This document shows positions 9,750 through 19,179 of a stretch of DNA of 64,000 nt, piece after piece. The first letter of the stretch is position 1. Each line of letters begins with the position of its first letter. The notes under the pieces are model-generated. The model had not been told where the DNA came from and ran no database searches. It saw only the letters and a list, made by a program, of their open reading frames with translations. The position numbers and the translations under genes were made by a program. This DNA is from Candidatus Micrarchaeota archaeon (GTDB taxonomy: Archaea; Micrarchaeota; Micrarchaeia; Micrarchaeales; CABMGC01), in assembly GCA_021804095.1 (NCBI GenBank), contig JAJZKQ010000001.1, positions 17,993 through 81,992 of the forward strand. Reading direction: 5' to 3'.

Positions 9750-9824
9750 TGCTCCCGCCGGGATTTGAACCCGGGTTGCGGGGTTGAAAGCCCCACGTCC
9801 TTGGCCGAGCTAGACGACAGGAGC
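9750..9824 (-). tRNA. tRNA-Glu(TTC)
   Basis: Cloverleaf GCTCCTG...TGGGG CTTTCAA CCCCG...GGTTCAAATCC...CGGGAGCA. Confidence 0.96.
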
Positions 9825-9981
9825 AAGTGGTTCAGATATGGATTCTCATGTAAGATATAAATAATAATTTTTTGCCTGGCCTGTCCGGAAGATTGCACAT
9901 GAAAAATTATGAATGGTAATACGCCTATATAAAGATGCGAATATGGTATAAATAACTAGTAGTCATGATAAGTATCTGGTT

Positions 9982-10617
9982 GTGGGTGTCTGTCTGGAAG
10001 GAGCTTTGATATGTATTGAAGGAGTAGACGGAGCTGGTAAGAGTACTCAGACAGAGATGCTTGCTAAAAGGCTGAAAGATTCCAGATCTAAAGTAATAGT
10101 TTACAACTATCCAGATTATTCATCAAGGTATGGGAAGATAATAAAGGATTATCTCTATGGAAAAATAGATATGGAAAACGATGAATTCTTCTTCTTGCAG
10201 ATGCTCGACAAGCAGAAGGACAGAACTAGGATAAGAAACGATATGAATGAAGGAAGCACAGTAATTATGAACAGATATATACACTCGCAGATAGCTTACC
10301 AGTGTGCTTCTGGATTCGATTATGAAAGTGCAAAGAGGATCATCAATCTCTCCAAGATGCCTCTTCCAGACATAGTCGTATACATAGACGTTGATATAGG
10401 AACAGCTTTGAAAAGAAAGAAGATACAGAAGTCAGGCAACCTTGATAGGAATGAAAAATCCGAGGAGTATCTTGAAAAAGTTAGAAATATTTACAAAAAA
10501 CTTGAATCGGAGAAATTTGGATGTGGGAAGTGGCTCAGAGTAGATGGTAACAGAGAGTACTCAGTCATACATGAGGAAATATATATGGAAGTCTGCAACA
10601 TATTAAAAGTATGGTGA
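9982..10617 (+). CDS. tmk: Thymidylate kinase
   Basis: IEGVDGAGKST, NRY..S..AYQ, PD. Confidence 0.93.
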   Translation: MGVCLEGALICIEGVDGAGKSTQTEMLAKRLKDSRSKVIVYNYPDYSSRYGKIIKDYLYGKIDMENDEFFFLQMLDKQKDRTRIRNDMNEGSTVIMNRYIHSQIAYQCASGFDYESAKRIINLSKMPLPDIVVYIDVDIGTALKRKKIQKSGNLDRNEKSEEYLEKVRNIYKKLESEKFGCGKWLRVDGNREYSVIHEEIYMEVCNILKVW

Positions 10618-10621
10618 ACGT

Positions 10622-11068
10622 ATGGCGGATAATAGGCCAACTATAGATGAAGTGATGGTTGATATTTCAAGAATGATGGCTAAACGGAGCTCATGCCCTA
10701 AGAGACAGGTTGGGGCAGTTATTACTAAGGGAGGGAGGGTAATAAGCAGCGGTTATGTTGGAGCGCCTGCAGGCATGCCTCATTGTATTGACGAAGGAGT
10801 CGGCTGCCTATTGGATTCTGATGGCAGATGCATAAGGACAGTGCATGCGGAGCAGAATGCCATAGCCGTTGCTGCCAAGAATGGAATATCAACTGATGGG
10901 GGAACACTTTATTCTACAGTCCAGCCTTGTTTCCTATGTGCTAAGAGCATTATTGCAGCAGGAGTCAGGAGGGTAGTATATGTAGAAGAATATAGAAAGG
11001 AAAATCCAGGATCTCTTGACCTCTTCGCTAGCGCAGGTGTTGAAGTTCTGCACTGGAAGGGGAAATAA
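10622..11068 (+). CDS. dCMP deaminase (ComEB-like)
   Basis: CPKRQVGAV, HAEQNAI, PCFLC. Confidence 0.9.
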   Translation: MADNRPTIDEVMVDISRMMAKRSSCPKRQVGAVITKGGRVISSGYVGAPAGMPHCIDEGVGCLLDSDGRCIRTVHAEQNAIAVAAKNGISTDGGTLYSTVQPCFLCAKSIIAAGVRRVVYVEEYRKENPGSLDLFASAGVEVLHWKGK

Positions 11069-11118
11069 AGGGCATGTGACTTAAGAAGGCTTATTTCTTC
11101 TTAATTTTGCAGAGTTTG

Positions 11119-11703
11119 CTAGATCTGTTTCTCCACTCCTCCGGTTGATACTCTACCTCCTTTCCATTGGCCTTCATAAGCGCGATGTATATCTCCGGCT
11201 ACCTGCATGAAGACTATATTTGCAAATCTTGCGCCAAGCTCAAGCCTGAATGGTTTTCCGCCTAGATTTGCAATGGCGAATGTCAGCTCACCGCTATAGC
11301 CAGGATCAGTCTTTGTAGCCATTAGATATATGCCGCAGCGCTGCAGCGTGCTTCGTGGATATACATGCAGAGAAAGATACATCGGTTTCTCTCCTTCTTC
11401 AATTGTTATCTTTTCTCCTGGAATATTGAATTTCTCAATTGTTTTTACAAGGAGGTATTCGCCTGGAGCCATGATTATATCCTTGTCTCCTTTATCTATG
11501 TCTGCTATTTTTTCCGTGTCTGAGCTCTTGCGGTCTTCAACTCCGAGAAAGCCTTCTCCTATCAGCTTGTATATCTTGCCGGCTCGGATGTCAATGCCTA
11601 CGCCCTCTGGATTTGTAAGCTCTCGCTCATCCATATTCTCTATCAGGTTATACTTTTGATTTAATTCCAATACTTTTAATGTGGATATTATCATTTTATT
11701 CAC
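11119..11703 (-). CDS. dCTP deaminase/dUTPase family protein (probably dUTPase)
   Basis: PRSTLQR, DPGYSG; Ala in place of the dCTP deaminase catalytic Glu (LTFA). Confidence 0.75.
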   Translation of the reverse strand: MNKMIISTLKVLELNQKYNLIENMDERELTNPEGVGIDIRAGKIYKLIGEGFLGVEDRKSSDTEKIADIDKGDKDIIMAPGEYLLVKTIEKFNIPGEKITIEEGEKPMYLSLHVYPRSTLQRCGIYLMATKTDPGYSGELTFAIANLGGKPFRLELGARFANIVFMQVAGDIHRAYEGQWKGGRVSTGGVEKQI

Positions 11704-13306
11704 TTTTTTTCATGTCGAGCTCTTCCAGTTTTCTGTCTATTCGCTTTTCGCTCTCTATCCTTGGAAGCGCATAGTCATTCATGTCTACCTGCATATACTC
11801 TGCGATTAGAGGATGTTTCTCGAATATTATGTTCCTTAGCCGCTGCGCTACTTTTCTGTAGTCTGGATGTCCTTGTTTGGAAGACCTGAGTTCGGTTATA
11901 TGGAAGGCTTCCCTAAGATTCATTTTTATGTACCATTTCATCCTGAAGCCGCGTGGGACAATATATTGTGCTTCGTTAGGAAGATCGGCATATATGACAT
12001 CATATGCCTCTTTCGCCTTGTCCATGACTTCTTTGAATTCTTTTTCTAAGCCTATCTCAGCAAGCTCGGCAGGCGTGTCAAATCCCATATCCGCAGTCAG
12101 TTCCTGTCTTTCCTGGCTTAGCTGCCTGTGCCTGTGGAGGTCTCTGAAGACTCCGTAGTTTGCACATAGTTCGAATGTATAATATATGTTCTCAAGCGCC
12201 CTGCCCGGCTTATCCCGCCTGTTTCTCCTCTTGGAAAGATAGTCTGAAGCTAGCCGCTTCTTTTCATCAGGAGACATTGCCTTTACTTTGGATAGGAGGG
12301 CATCAAGAGTATCGTCAGAATAGGGATAGAGCATTGCCGCTAGAATCTTATTTTCTCCGTCCGGATCATAATCTACCAATTTTATTGGTTCTGTCTTAGA
12401 TTCTTTGTTTCTTGCTTTATTTCTATGTTTGCTCATCTCTGCCCTTGTATCTATTATATATTCGGAGGGTTTTGACCGTTTTACGAATGCAGGTATTACC
12501 TTTGATAATTCTTCGTGTATATCTTCGGCAAGAAGCTGGGCCTCTTCAAGATTGCTTGAATGGAGCTTTGTAAGAAGATACTCGAATGCCCTTCCATTTC
12601 CATACAGGCCTACATTGGTAAGCCTTCCTGCAGGAAGCAGGTTCTTCAGTATGTCGCATGCCTTGGCTCTTGTCGCGCTCTCATATGCTCGATCTGTGGC
12701 AGCAGGATCTTTAGGCGTTACTGACTTTACATGTGCCTGGACTATGGGAAGCCATTTGGAGTATGAAGAAAAGAGGAGGTCCATTGTTTCTTCGTAGATC
12801 TGCCTGTGTTTTGATGACATTATGGCTTTATTTCTGTACCAGAGATATTTTCCGTCTATTTTTTTATCGAAAAGTATGTACCTTGCAGACTTTTCAAGCG
12901 GTGAAATTCCTATCCTTGAATCGGTAAGAAGGTCTGCTGCAAGGCTGGAGATATTCTCGCATGCAAGATGCACTCCTGCAAGTTCAGCTACTGAATCGTC
13001 CCCATATCCTACAAGAACTCGCTGGTAGAAATCCTCGGCCTTCTTTATCGCCAGTGCGGTGTTGGAGTAATCGGATTGGGATCCTGCGCCTATTACCTCG
13101 GCTATATCTTTGTTCTGAATGAATTCGTCTAGAAGAAGCCTTCTTGCGCCTTTGTCTGATCTGCTATACCTTGAGAATAATGTTCCTTTTATAACTTCAG
13201 GCAGGTTTGTAAGCACGAAAGTGTTCTTCTCCAGGCTTGAAAAATAAGGCTTTATTATCTCCTTCTCATTTTCACTAAGTCTCTCTTTAAAAACAGGCTC
13301 TTCCAC
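11696..13306 (-). CDS. thyX: Tandem-domain FAD-dependent thymidylate synthase
   Basis: EKSARY and RDLHRHR motifs, duplicated Thy1 domains, 536 aa. Confidence 0.88.
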   Translation of the reverse strand: MEEPVFKERLSENEKEIIKPYFSSLEKNTFVLTNLPEVIKGTLFSRYSRSDKGARRLLLDEFIQNKDIAEVIGAGSQSDYSNTALAIKKAEDFYQRVLVGYGDDSVAELAGVHLACENISSLAADLLTDSRIGISPLEKSARYILFDKKIDGKYLWYRNKAIMSSKHRQIYEETMDLLFSSYSKWLPIVQAHVKSVTPKDPAATDRAYESATRAKACDILKNLLPAGRLTNVGLYGNGRAFEYLLTKLHSSNLEEAQLLAEDIHEELSKVIPAFVKRSKPSEYIIDTRAEMSKHRNKARNKESKTEPIKLVDYDPDGENKILAAMLYPYSDDTLDALLSKVKAMSPDEKKRLASDYLSKRRNRRDKPGRALENIYYTFELCANYGVFRDLHRHRQLSQERQELTADMGFDTPAELAEIGLEKEFKEVMDKAKEAYDVIYADLPNEAQYIVPRGFRMKWYIKMNLREAFHITELRSSKQGHPDYRKVAQRLRNIIFEKHPLIAEYMQVDMNDYALPRIESEKRIDRKLEELDMKKSE

Positions 13307-13375
13307 GATAGCACAAGAATTCTTTAAGAGTAAAAAGATTATAAACTATCTGTGGAAGAGCATGAAATTTATTAC

Positions 13376-13657
13376 TCATCTGGATAGGTCGTTTATCTCT
13401 TCCCTTGTTGCTGTTTCCTCCTTCAAGCCCGAAGGGTTTGAAACGAGAACAACGTCACCTACATTCTTTACGCTCTTGTATAGTATGCTCTTCTTCTTTA
13501 GAAGAGAGGCCGCATCGCTCTTAACTCCTTTCCATGGAGTCATGAGAAGCCTGCTTATCTCACCTTTTTCGAGATCTATTACTACATCCTGCACGTCCCC
13601 AAGGTATTGCCCTGAATCGCTATATACATCCATCCTGTATATTTCTGATATCTTCAT
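13376..13657 (-). CDS. PRC-barrel protein (CdpB-like)
   Basis: MDVYSDSGQYLGDVQDVVID...VKNVGDVVLV. Confidence 0.85.
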   Translation of the reverse strand: MKISEIYRMDVYSDSGQYLGDVQDVVIDLEKGEISRLLMTPWKGVKSDAASLLKKKSILYKSVKNVGDVVLVSNPSGLKEETATREEINDLSR

Positions 13658-13846
13658 TTTTTCACCAGTTCGCCTTAACCTATATAGGAAGCAGGTATTA
13701 AAAACTTTTCCAGTTGCGGACATTTAGAGGAAGTCTTGGTCTTCCGTAAAGAAATTTGCAGAAACTGGGTTTTGCATTGAGATGCTCATGCCCGCATAGG
13801 CTTGAATTTAGCTAATTCTATAAATGTTGAATAGTCAATATTAGAT

Positions 13847-14953
13847 ATGGCTGATCTTGAAACAACCCTTAATGAGCTTAGGGAAGAGTATGCCAAGACT
13901 AAGCATAATAAAGCTACAAACAAGCATCTGGGCATACTCAGGAAGAAGATAGCTAATGTAAAAAAAGAGATGTCGAGCAGCAAGAAGAGCAGGGGGATCG
14001 GGTTTGCCGTTAAGAAATCGGGCGATGCTACTGTAGTATTGGTTGGTTTCCCTAATGCAGGAAAGAGCTCACTTTTGAGTGCCATCACAAATGCGGAATC
14101 GAGAATCGCAGCTTATGAGTTTACTACACTTGATGTCATACCTGGCACTATGAGGTACATGGGCGCAAACATACAGATCCTTGATATACCTGGGTTGATA
14201 GAGGGCGCAGGGCAGGGAAAAGGAGGCGGAGCCAAGATAGCGAGCGTAATACGCGTTTCAGACCTTCTCTTGATAGTGCTCGATATAACAAAACCGGAGG
14301 GCCTGTACACACTTCTGGATGAACTTTATGACCTGGACATAAGGATCAACAAGCCGAGACCGAGAATAAATGTTGAAAGACGGCTTACTGGAGGTCTTGA
14401 ATTGGAGGGTCTTGGGCATAAGATTCCGTCAAAAAAGGAGGTTCAGGAAATCCTTAACGGCTATGGAATCTATAATGGAAAGGTGATCTTCCACCAAGAC
14501 GCGGATTTGTTTGACTTGATGGAAATAATGGACAATAGCATAGTAAACATAAGGGCATTGATAATACTAAACAAGATAGATAGCGTCACTCCCGGATTTA
14601 CAAACGCTATAAGCAGGGAGATAGAGGAAAAAACAGGAGTTAGGACAGTTCCAATAAGCGCGGCCGAGAAGACCAATCTTGAGGCACTTAGGAGAATTAT
14701 ATTCTCGGAATTGGAGCTTGTGAGAATATACCTTAAACCGAAAGACGGCAAGGCAGATATGGAAAAGCCCATGGTGCTTAGAGGCAATTCTACAGTGATG
14801 GATCTTGCCAGAAGACTGCATTCAAAAACAGCAAACAACCTTAGATATGCATATATAAATGGGAAAAGCGCAAAGTTTCCTAACCAGAGGCAGGGAAGGG
14901 AGCATATTCTTGCAGATGAAGATATAGTGACTCTTGTTTATGAAAAGGTATGA
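13847..14953 (+). CDS. DRG/Obg-family GTPase with TGS domain
   Basis: KHNKATNKH, GFPNAGKS, YEFTT, DIPG, NKID. Confidence 0.93.
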   Translation: MADLETTLNELREEYAKTKHNKATNKHLGILRKKIANVKKEMSSSKKSRGIGFAVKKSGDATVVLVGFPNAGKSSLLSAITNAESRIAAYEFTTLDVIPGTMRYMGANIQILDIPGLIEGAGQGKGGGAKIASVIRVSDLLLIVLDITKPEGLYTLLDELYDLDIRINKPRPRINVERRLTGGLELEGLGHKIPSKKEVQEILNGYGIYNGKVIFHQDADLFDLMEIMDNSIVNIRALIILNKIDSVTPGFTNAISREIEEKTGVRTVPISAAEKTNLEALRRIIFSELELVRIYLKPKDGKADMEKPMVLRGNSTVMDLARRLHSKTANNLRYAYINGKSAKFPNQRQGREHILADEDIVTLVYEKV

Positions 14954-15452
14954 GTATATGGTAAGAGGTTTTGATATTGTAGATATGGATTCTGTCAACA
15001 TTAGGCTTGCTGAGGTTATAGGTTACAAGAAGGTATATGCTAGAAATGAGATAATAGTTACTGAAGATCAGGCATATGAGGGAAAGTGCATATTTTTGGG
15101 AAGGGAGCATGGAGCATTGGGAAAGGCTCTCAGGAGGAACAATGTGGAAGGCATAATGATCTTTGACAATGAACTTATAAGACAGACGTTAGAAGAGTGC
15201 CGTGATAACGAGAAAATTCTTTTCGTAGATATTTCAAACCTAACAGTACAGGAGCAGAGGCTGAGGCTTAGGAATATACATAGGGCAAGATTCCTGATAA
15301 GATCCGCCTTGAGGAGCAGGACTAAGATAGCGTTGGTCTCGCTTGCGAAGGATGAGGCAGGGATGCTTTCAGCTATGCAGATGCTTGCATTTGCCAAGTT
15401 TCTTGGTATAAATGAGAAAGATGCTGACAGTATATTCTACAACAAAGGATGA
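14934..15452 (+). CDS. RNase P protein subunit Rpp30 (divergent)
   Basis: Partial TIM-barrel pattern, adjacent to Pop5. Confidence 0.6.
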   Translation: MFMKRYEYMVRGFDIVDMDSVNIRLAEVIGYKKVYARNEIIVTEDQAYEGKCIFLGREHGALGKALRRNNVEGIMIFDNELIRQTLEECRDNEKILFVDISNLTVQEQRLRLRNIHRARFLIRSALRSRTKIALVSLAKDEAGMLSAMQMLAFAKFLGINEKDADSIFYNKG

Positions 15453-15456
15453 TGCG

Positions 15457-15777
15457 TTGATACTGAGATACAAATATAGATACATATTATTCATGTCTTC
15501 TTCTGAGCTTGATTTTGGGATTGAGGAAAGAGGTTTATTAAACGAGATAATGAGATACATTGGTGAGATTTCTTACTCTAAAGCAAATCCTAAGATAGCT
15601 GCTCAGTACTCGCGGAAGTTGTTTGTCATAAAAACCGAGAGAAGCTACGAAGATTTGATAATACTTGCACTTTCTTTCATTAAAGAGCTTCATGGCAGGA
15701 GGATCGGGTTTTTTTCTCTGAAGAGCTCCGGAACAATAAAAAGCCTGCGTGTATACTCTAAAAAGATAACCGCTTAG
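15457..15777 (+). CDS. RNase P protein subunit Pop5/Rpp14
   Basis: RYKYRYI N-terminus, SGTIKSL C-terminus. Confidence 0.82.
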   Translation: MILRYKYRYILFMSSSELDFGIEERGLLNEIMRYIGEISYSKANPKIAAQYSRKLFVIKTERSYEDLIILALSFIKELHGRRIGFFSLKSSGTIKSLRVYSKKITA

Positions 15778-16094
15778 AATATCTCCCCAACCAGCGAGGT
15801 AATTCCGCCTTTCATGCTTATTGAGTTTATTCCGAACTTGTCCTTTAGCAAGGTAGCAAGGTATCGTGAGGAATTCCCATGGTAACATACAAATACATGA
15901 TCAGAGAACTTCTCGGCTTCGGCTCTGTCTGCATACGCGAGGTTGTTAGGTTCTGCCTTTATTAGCTGGCTTTCTTCTAGTCCTGTAAGTTCACGTATAT
16001 ACTCTATCGGTTCCCTGCCTATCCATACCAGCTTGGTATTCTTTTCCTTTGTAAATCTTATTGCTTCTTCAAAATTCATTTCAGTTATTGCCAT
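15774..16094 (-). CDS. Rhodanese-like domain protein
   Basis: VCYHGNSS, MKGG. Confidence 0.8.
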   Translation of the reverse strand: MAITEMNFEEAIRFTKEKNTKLVWIGREPIEYIRELTGLEESQLIKAEPNNLAYADRAEAEKFSDHVFVCYHGNSSRYLATLLKDKFGINSISMKGGITSLVGEIF

Positions 16095-16145
16095 GGTTAT
16101 GCCTTTGTTATTGTGGCGTTATTGTAACGCTGATAGTTTGAACTT

Positions 16146-16334
16146 TCATTGATTTTTGGTTTTCGGTTTTTTAGTTGATCTTATCAATGATCTGAGAATT
16201 AAAATAGTTGTTGCTGTTATTAGCAGTATCCCTATAGAAGATGTGGGCCTGGCTAGTTTTTTTAGTTCGGCAGATACAGTGGAATCAGATTTTGATTTCA
16301 CATCTGCTAGTTTAGTAGATCCCATATGCATCAA
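16146..16334 (-). CDS. Small hypothetical membrane protein
   Basis: Single hydrophobic helix followed by basic tail. Confidence 0.35.
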   Translation of the reverse strand: MMHMGSTKLADVKSKSDSTVSAELKKLARPTSSIGILLITATTILILRSLIRSTKKPKTKNQ

Positions 16335-16377
16335 TGTGTGAAGTAGATTTTTGATAATTAATAAATGCTCTTATGTA

Positions 16378-16578
16378 TTACTTTCTATTTGAAGGCATTA
16401 CTTCAGGTATTATGCTCTTGCCTTTCTTTATTAGTCTGGTTTGGTTTGGAACTTGATTGGTTTTTGGTTGGTTTTGGTTGGATTTTTGGATTGTTGGTCT
16501 TGCTGCTTCTTTTAAGCGGAGGAGGTGGGGAGGCAGTCCATGCCCATAATGTGGCACTGGCGTCTGTGTTGCTGCCAT
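16378..16578 (-). CDS. Small disordered hypothetical protein
   Basis: MAATQTPVPHYGHGLPPHLLR..., Q/N/K rich. Confidence 0.35.
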   Translation of the reverse strand: MAATQTPVPHYGHGLPPHLLRLKEAARPTIQKSNQNQPKTNQVPNQTRLIKKGKSIIPEVMPSNRK

Positions 16579-16783
16579 AATTAAATAGCCTTTCAGAATT
16601 CCCATAATGATTATTATGGAATTTAGATATTTAATTGTATTCTTGCTGTGTCTGTCTCTGTTTTGATTGTTTTGATTATAATTATTTAGTTGATGCGGAA
16701 TTTTGTATATTGCATGGTAAACATAGGGATTATTATAACTTTTCTGGCTTAGCTTAATCACTATTTATCACTCTGGTGAATAA

Positions 16784-17146
16784 ATGAATATAAGCGATTT
16801 GAAGGCAGGAGCATCGAATGTTGATGTTGAAGCGGTAGTAGCAGAAAAGGATGAACCTAGAGAGGTCGTGACAAAATATGGGAAGAAGCTTAGTGTAGCA
16901 AATGCTATACTTAAGGATGATACCGGAAGCATAGCGATTTCACTCTGGGGAGACACGATAGGCCAGATAAATGTTGGCGACAAAGTAAAGGTTACCAATG
17001 GTTATGTAAATGAATTCAGGGGTACGCCTCAGCTTTCAACTGGTAAATTCGGGAAGATAGAAGTTATCGAGAAAGGAAGTGGAAACTCGGATAGCCCATC
17101 TGAAGAGAATTATGATCCTGAAGAAACGGATGCAGAAGAGATGTAA
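16784..17146 (+). CDS. ssb: Single OB-fold ssDNA-binding protein with acidic tail
   Basis: DDTGSI..SLWG, NGYVNEFRG, acidic C-terminus. Confidence 0.88.
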   Translation: MNISDLKAGASNVDVEAVVAEKDEPREVVTKYGKKLSVANAILKDDTGSIAISLWGDTIGQINVGDKVKVTNGYVNEFRGTPQLSTGKFGKIEVIEKGSGNSDSPSEENYDPEETDAEEM

Positions 17147-17198
17147 TTTTACATCTTTTCTTCTTTTTGATTAGATAAAACAGGCAAAGGTTCTTTTT

Positions 17199-17876
17199 TT
17201 ATTTTTTTGAATTGGGGCCGTTGCTGTTTATTAGGCGCTTTACCGCCTCAAATGCTGTTGCTGTATCCATCTCCGATATTATAAAGATCTCTTCGGTAAG
17301 AGTTGAGACTACTTCATAGATATTGATGTTTTCCCAGCCGAGCGCTTTTGTTAGAAGATAAAGAAGACCTACCGACTCCGCTGTTTTTTCTGGAATCCGC
17401 ACTATTACAGATGAAAGGCCTGTGCTCTTCTTCTTTATCTCTTTTTTTTCGAATAAGGCCAGTATTTCATTCATATATTTTACATTTGAAAGTACAGTTA
17501 TCTCATAAAGCCCCTGTGTTACAGTTAAAAAATCTCCTGCGCCGAAATTTATCAAGTCGTATAGTTTTGGGATTATCTTTAAGGTATTTGCAGATTTCAC
17601 AGCGGTTATCTCGAATATTCCTGAAGTTATGGTAATGTCTGCATGACTTAGGTCTGGCTGGGGCTGCCCCACAAAGCTCTCTTTAAGCTCCTCTGAGAAT
17701 CTTCGTATTGCCATTATTATGGCATAACGATTGACTTCTCTGCGCATGGCATGTTCTACTTCAGGCTTTATCATATCTGCAAGATATGCATAATTTATTA
17801 TGTCATTTACTAGGGCTTCTTCTAGGAAGGGGCGTTTTTGTATTATTCCAGACACTACATGTGCAACAGTTACCAT
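17199..17876 (-). CDS. ACT-domain-containing protein
   Basis: ENINIYEVVSTLTE ACT signature; N-terminal IINYAYLA. Confidence 0.7.
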   Translation of the reverse strand: MVTVAHVVSGIIQKRPFLEEALVNDIINYAYLADMIKPEVEHAMRREVNRYAIIMAIRRFSEELKESFVGQPQPDLSHADITITSGIFEITAVKSANTLKIIPKLYDLINFGAGDFLTVTQGLYEITVLSNVKYMNEILALFEKKEIKKKSTGLSSVIVRIPEKTAESVGLLYLLTKALGWENINIYEVVSTLTEEIFIISEMDTATAFEAVKRLINSNGPNSKK

Positions 17877-18032
17877 GATAAAACCATAACTTCTGAAAGG
17901 TTTATATAATATCCAAGAATATAATAATATTCTGTTATTCCTATAACACTAATTATATATAGTTGTTATGAGAAGACATATATGCAGATTAGAGGATGGG
18001 GAAGCATACTCTATTACATTTAGGTAAAAGTA

Positions 18033-19103
18033 ATGGAAACTCTGGCTATAAGGAAAAGGCCGTCAGGTATACGCCAGGAGAATAGTTTTAGAGGATATCA
18101 GGCTTCCGCGATTTTTGGCCCGGTAGGCTATATCGGACATGCTTCTGCGGATAGAGTAAAGGGATTCTTGCCTTTTAGGATTAATTCTGAGGAGAAGGTC
18201 TCGGAAATTTATTCGATAGTAGAATATAGTTGTGATTCTATTGATAGGCAATCCTTTTCTTCTGGAGATGGCTTATTTTTGGGTAAGAGTAGATTTAGCC
18301 TGAGATTTGTTTTAGACAATGAGTATAAATGGAATCTCAATGAACGCCTTAACCAGATCGGGGCAGACGTAGAGGCATTGTTAAGGTTAGATGAACGTAG
18401 TTCAGTTGCATATGTGGGATATAATAGAAGGGAGAGAGAAGGATATGACTGCAGAACTCAGATACGGTTGCGGAATATGTTAGAACAGATATATGGTGGA
18501 GATTTCAGAATTGGGAAGTTTTACGATAAGGAGAGGCTTGTAGATGTCAGCAATAACTATGGGATGCCAGTTGTTTTTAGAGGCTCTGAATCGGAGTCTA
18601 GATTGGGCAGGGAAGGGCTTAATGAACTTGCTCAGTTGATTTGCAGGACATATGATTATGATCTAGGATCAGTTCATGACATATTGATAAACAAGGAAAA
18701 TATAATTTCAGTTATACCATACACATACCCGAGACGTGGGAAGATAGCTGCAGCAGGAGTTGTTGAATGTGTGAGAGTAAATCTCGAAGGAAGGGAGATA
18801 GGATTTGCGGAGTTGACAGATACAATTGTAAGACGGAAGGACAGAGAAGAGGGAATGGCATTATCCTTGGGCTTTGCGCTTAGCTCTGAAGTGGTAAGAT
18901 ATCTTAGTTCTATGCAGAGGAAGCCTGATGTTATATTCTCCGAATCCAGTTTGGAAGACCCCTCAATATTGATATCCTCATATATGCAGAGACGAATCCC
19001 TTCAGGATATCTCCATAGCCATACTAAGATTGAAGAAACTTTTACAGACTTGGTGGTAATGCAGATATCTGAAGATTCGTTTAGGTCTATTGCAAGAAAA
19101 TAA
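18033..19103 (+). CDS. Hypothetical protein with C-terminal GNAT-like domain (beta-lysine acetyltransferase-like)
   Basis: AELTDT...R..G and GYL..H..I....DL.V resemble AblB/YodP. Confidence 0.45.
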   Translation: METLAIRKRPSGIRQENSFRGYQASAIFGPVGYIGHASADRVKGFLPFRINSEEKVSEIYSIVEYSCDSIDRQSFSSGDGLFLGKSRFSLRFVLDNEYKWNLNERLNQIGADVEALLRLDERSSVAYVGYNRREREGYDCRTQIRLRNMLEQIYGGDFRIGKFYDKERLVDVSNNYGMPVVFRGSESESRLGREGLNELAQLICRTYDYDLGSVHDILINKENIISVIPYTYPRRGKIAAAGVVECVRVNLEGREIGFAELTDTIVRRKDREEGMALSLGFALSSEVVRYLSSMQRKPDVIFSESSLEDPSILISSYMQRRIPSGYLHSHTKIEETFTDLVVMQISEDSFRSIARK

Positions 19104-19179
19104 ATTATCCTGCAAATGCCGAATATCTTGTAGTACTTTTATTCGGCTCTAATTCAAAGCGATAAATCCCAGAAGGTTT

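Noticed and set aside
10622..11068. Deaminase as the TadA for tRNA-Pro(AGG)
   Set aside because: Motifs and tmk linkage fit ComEB-type dCMP deaminase
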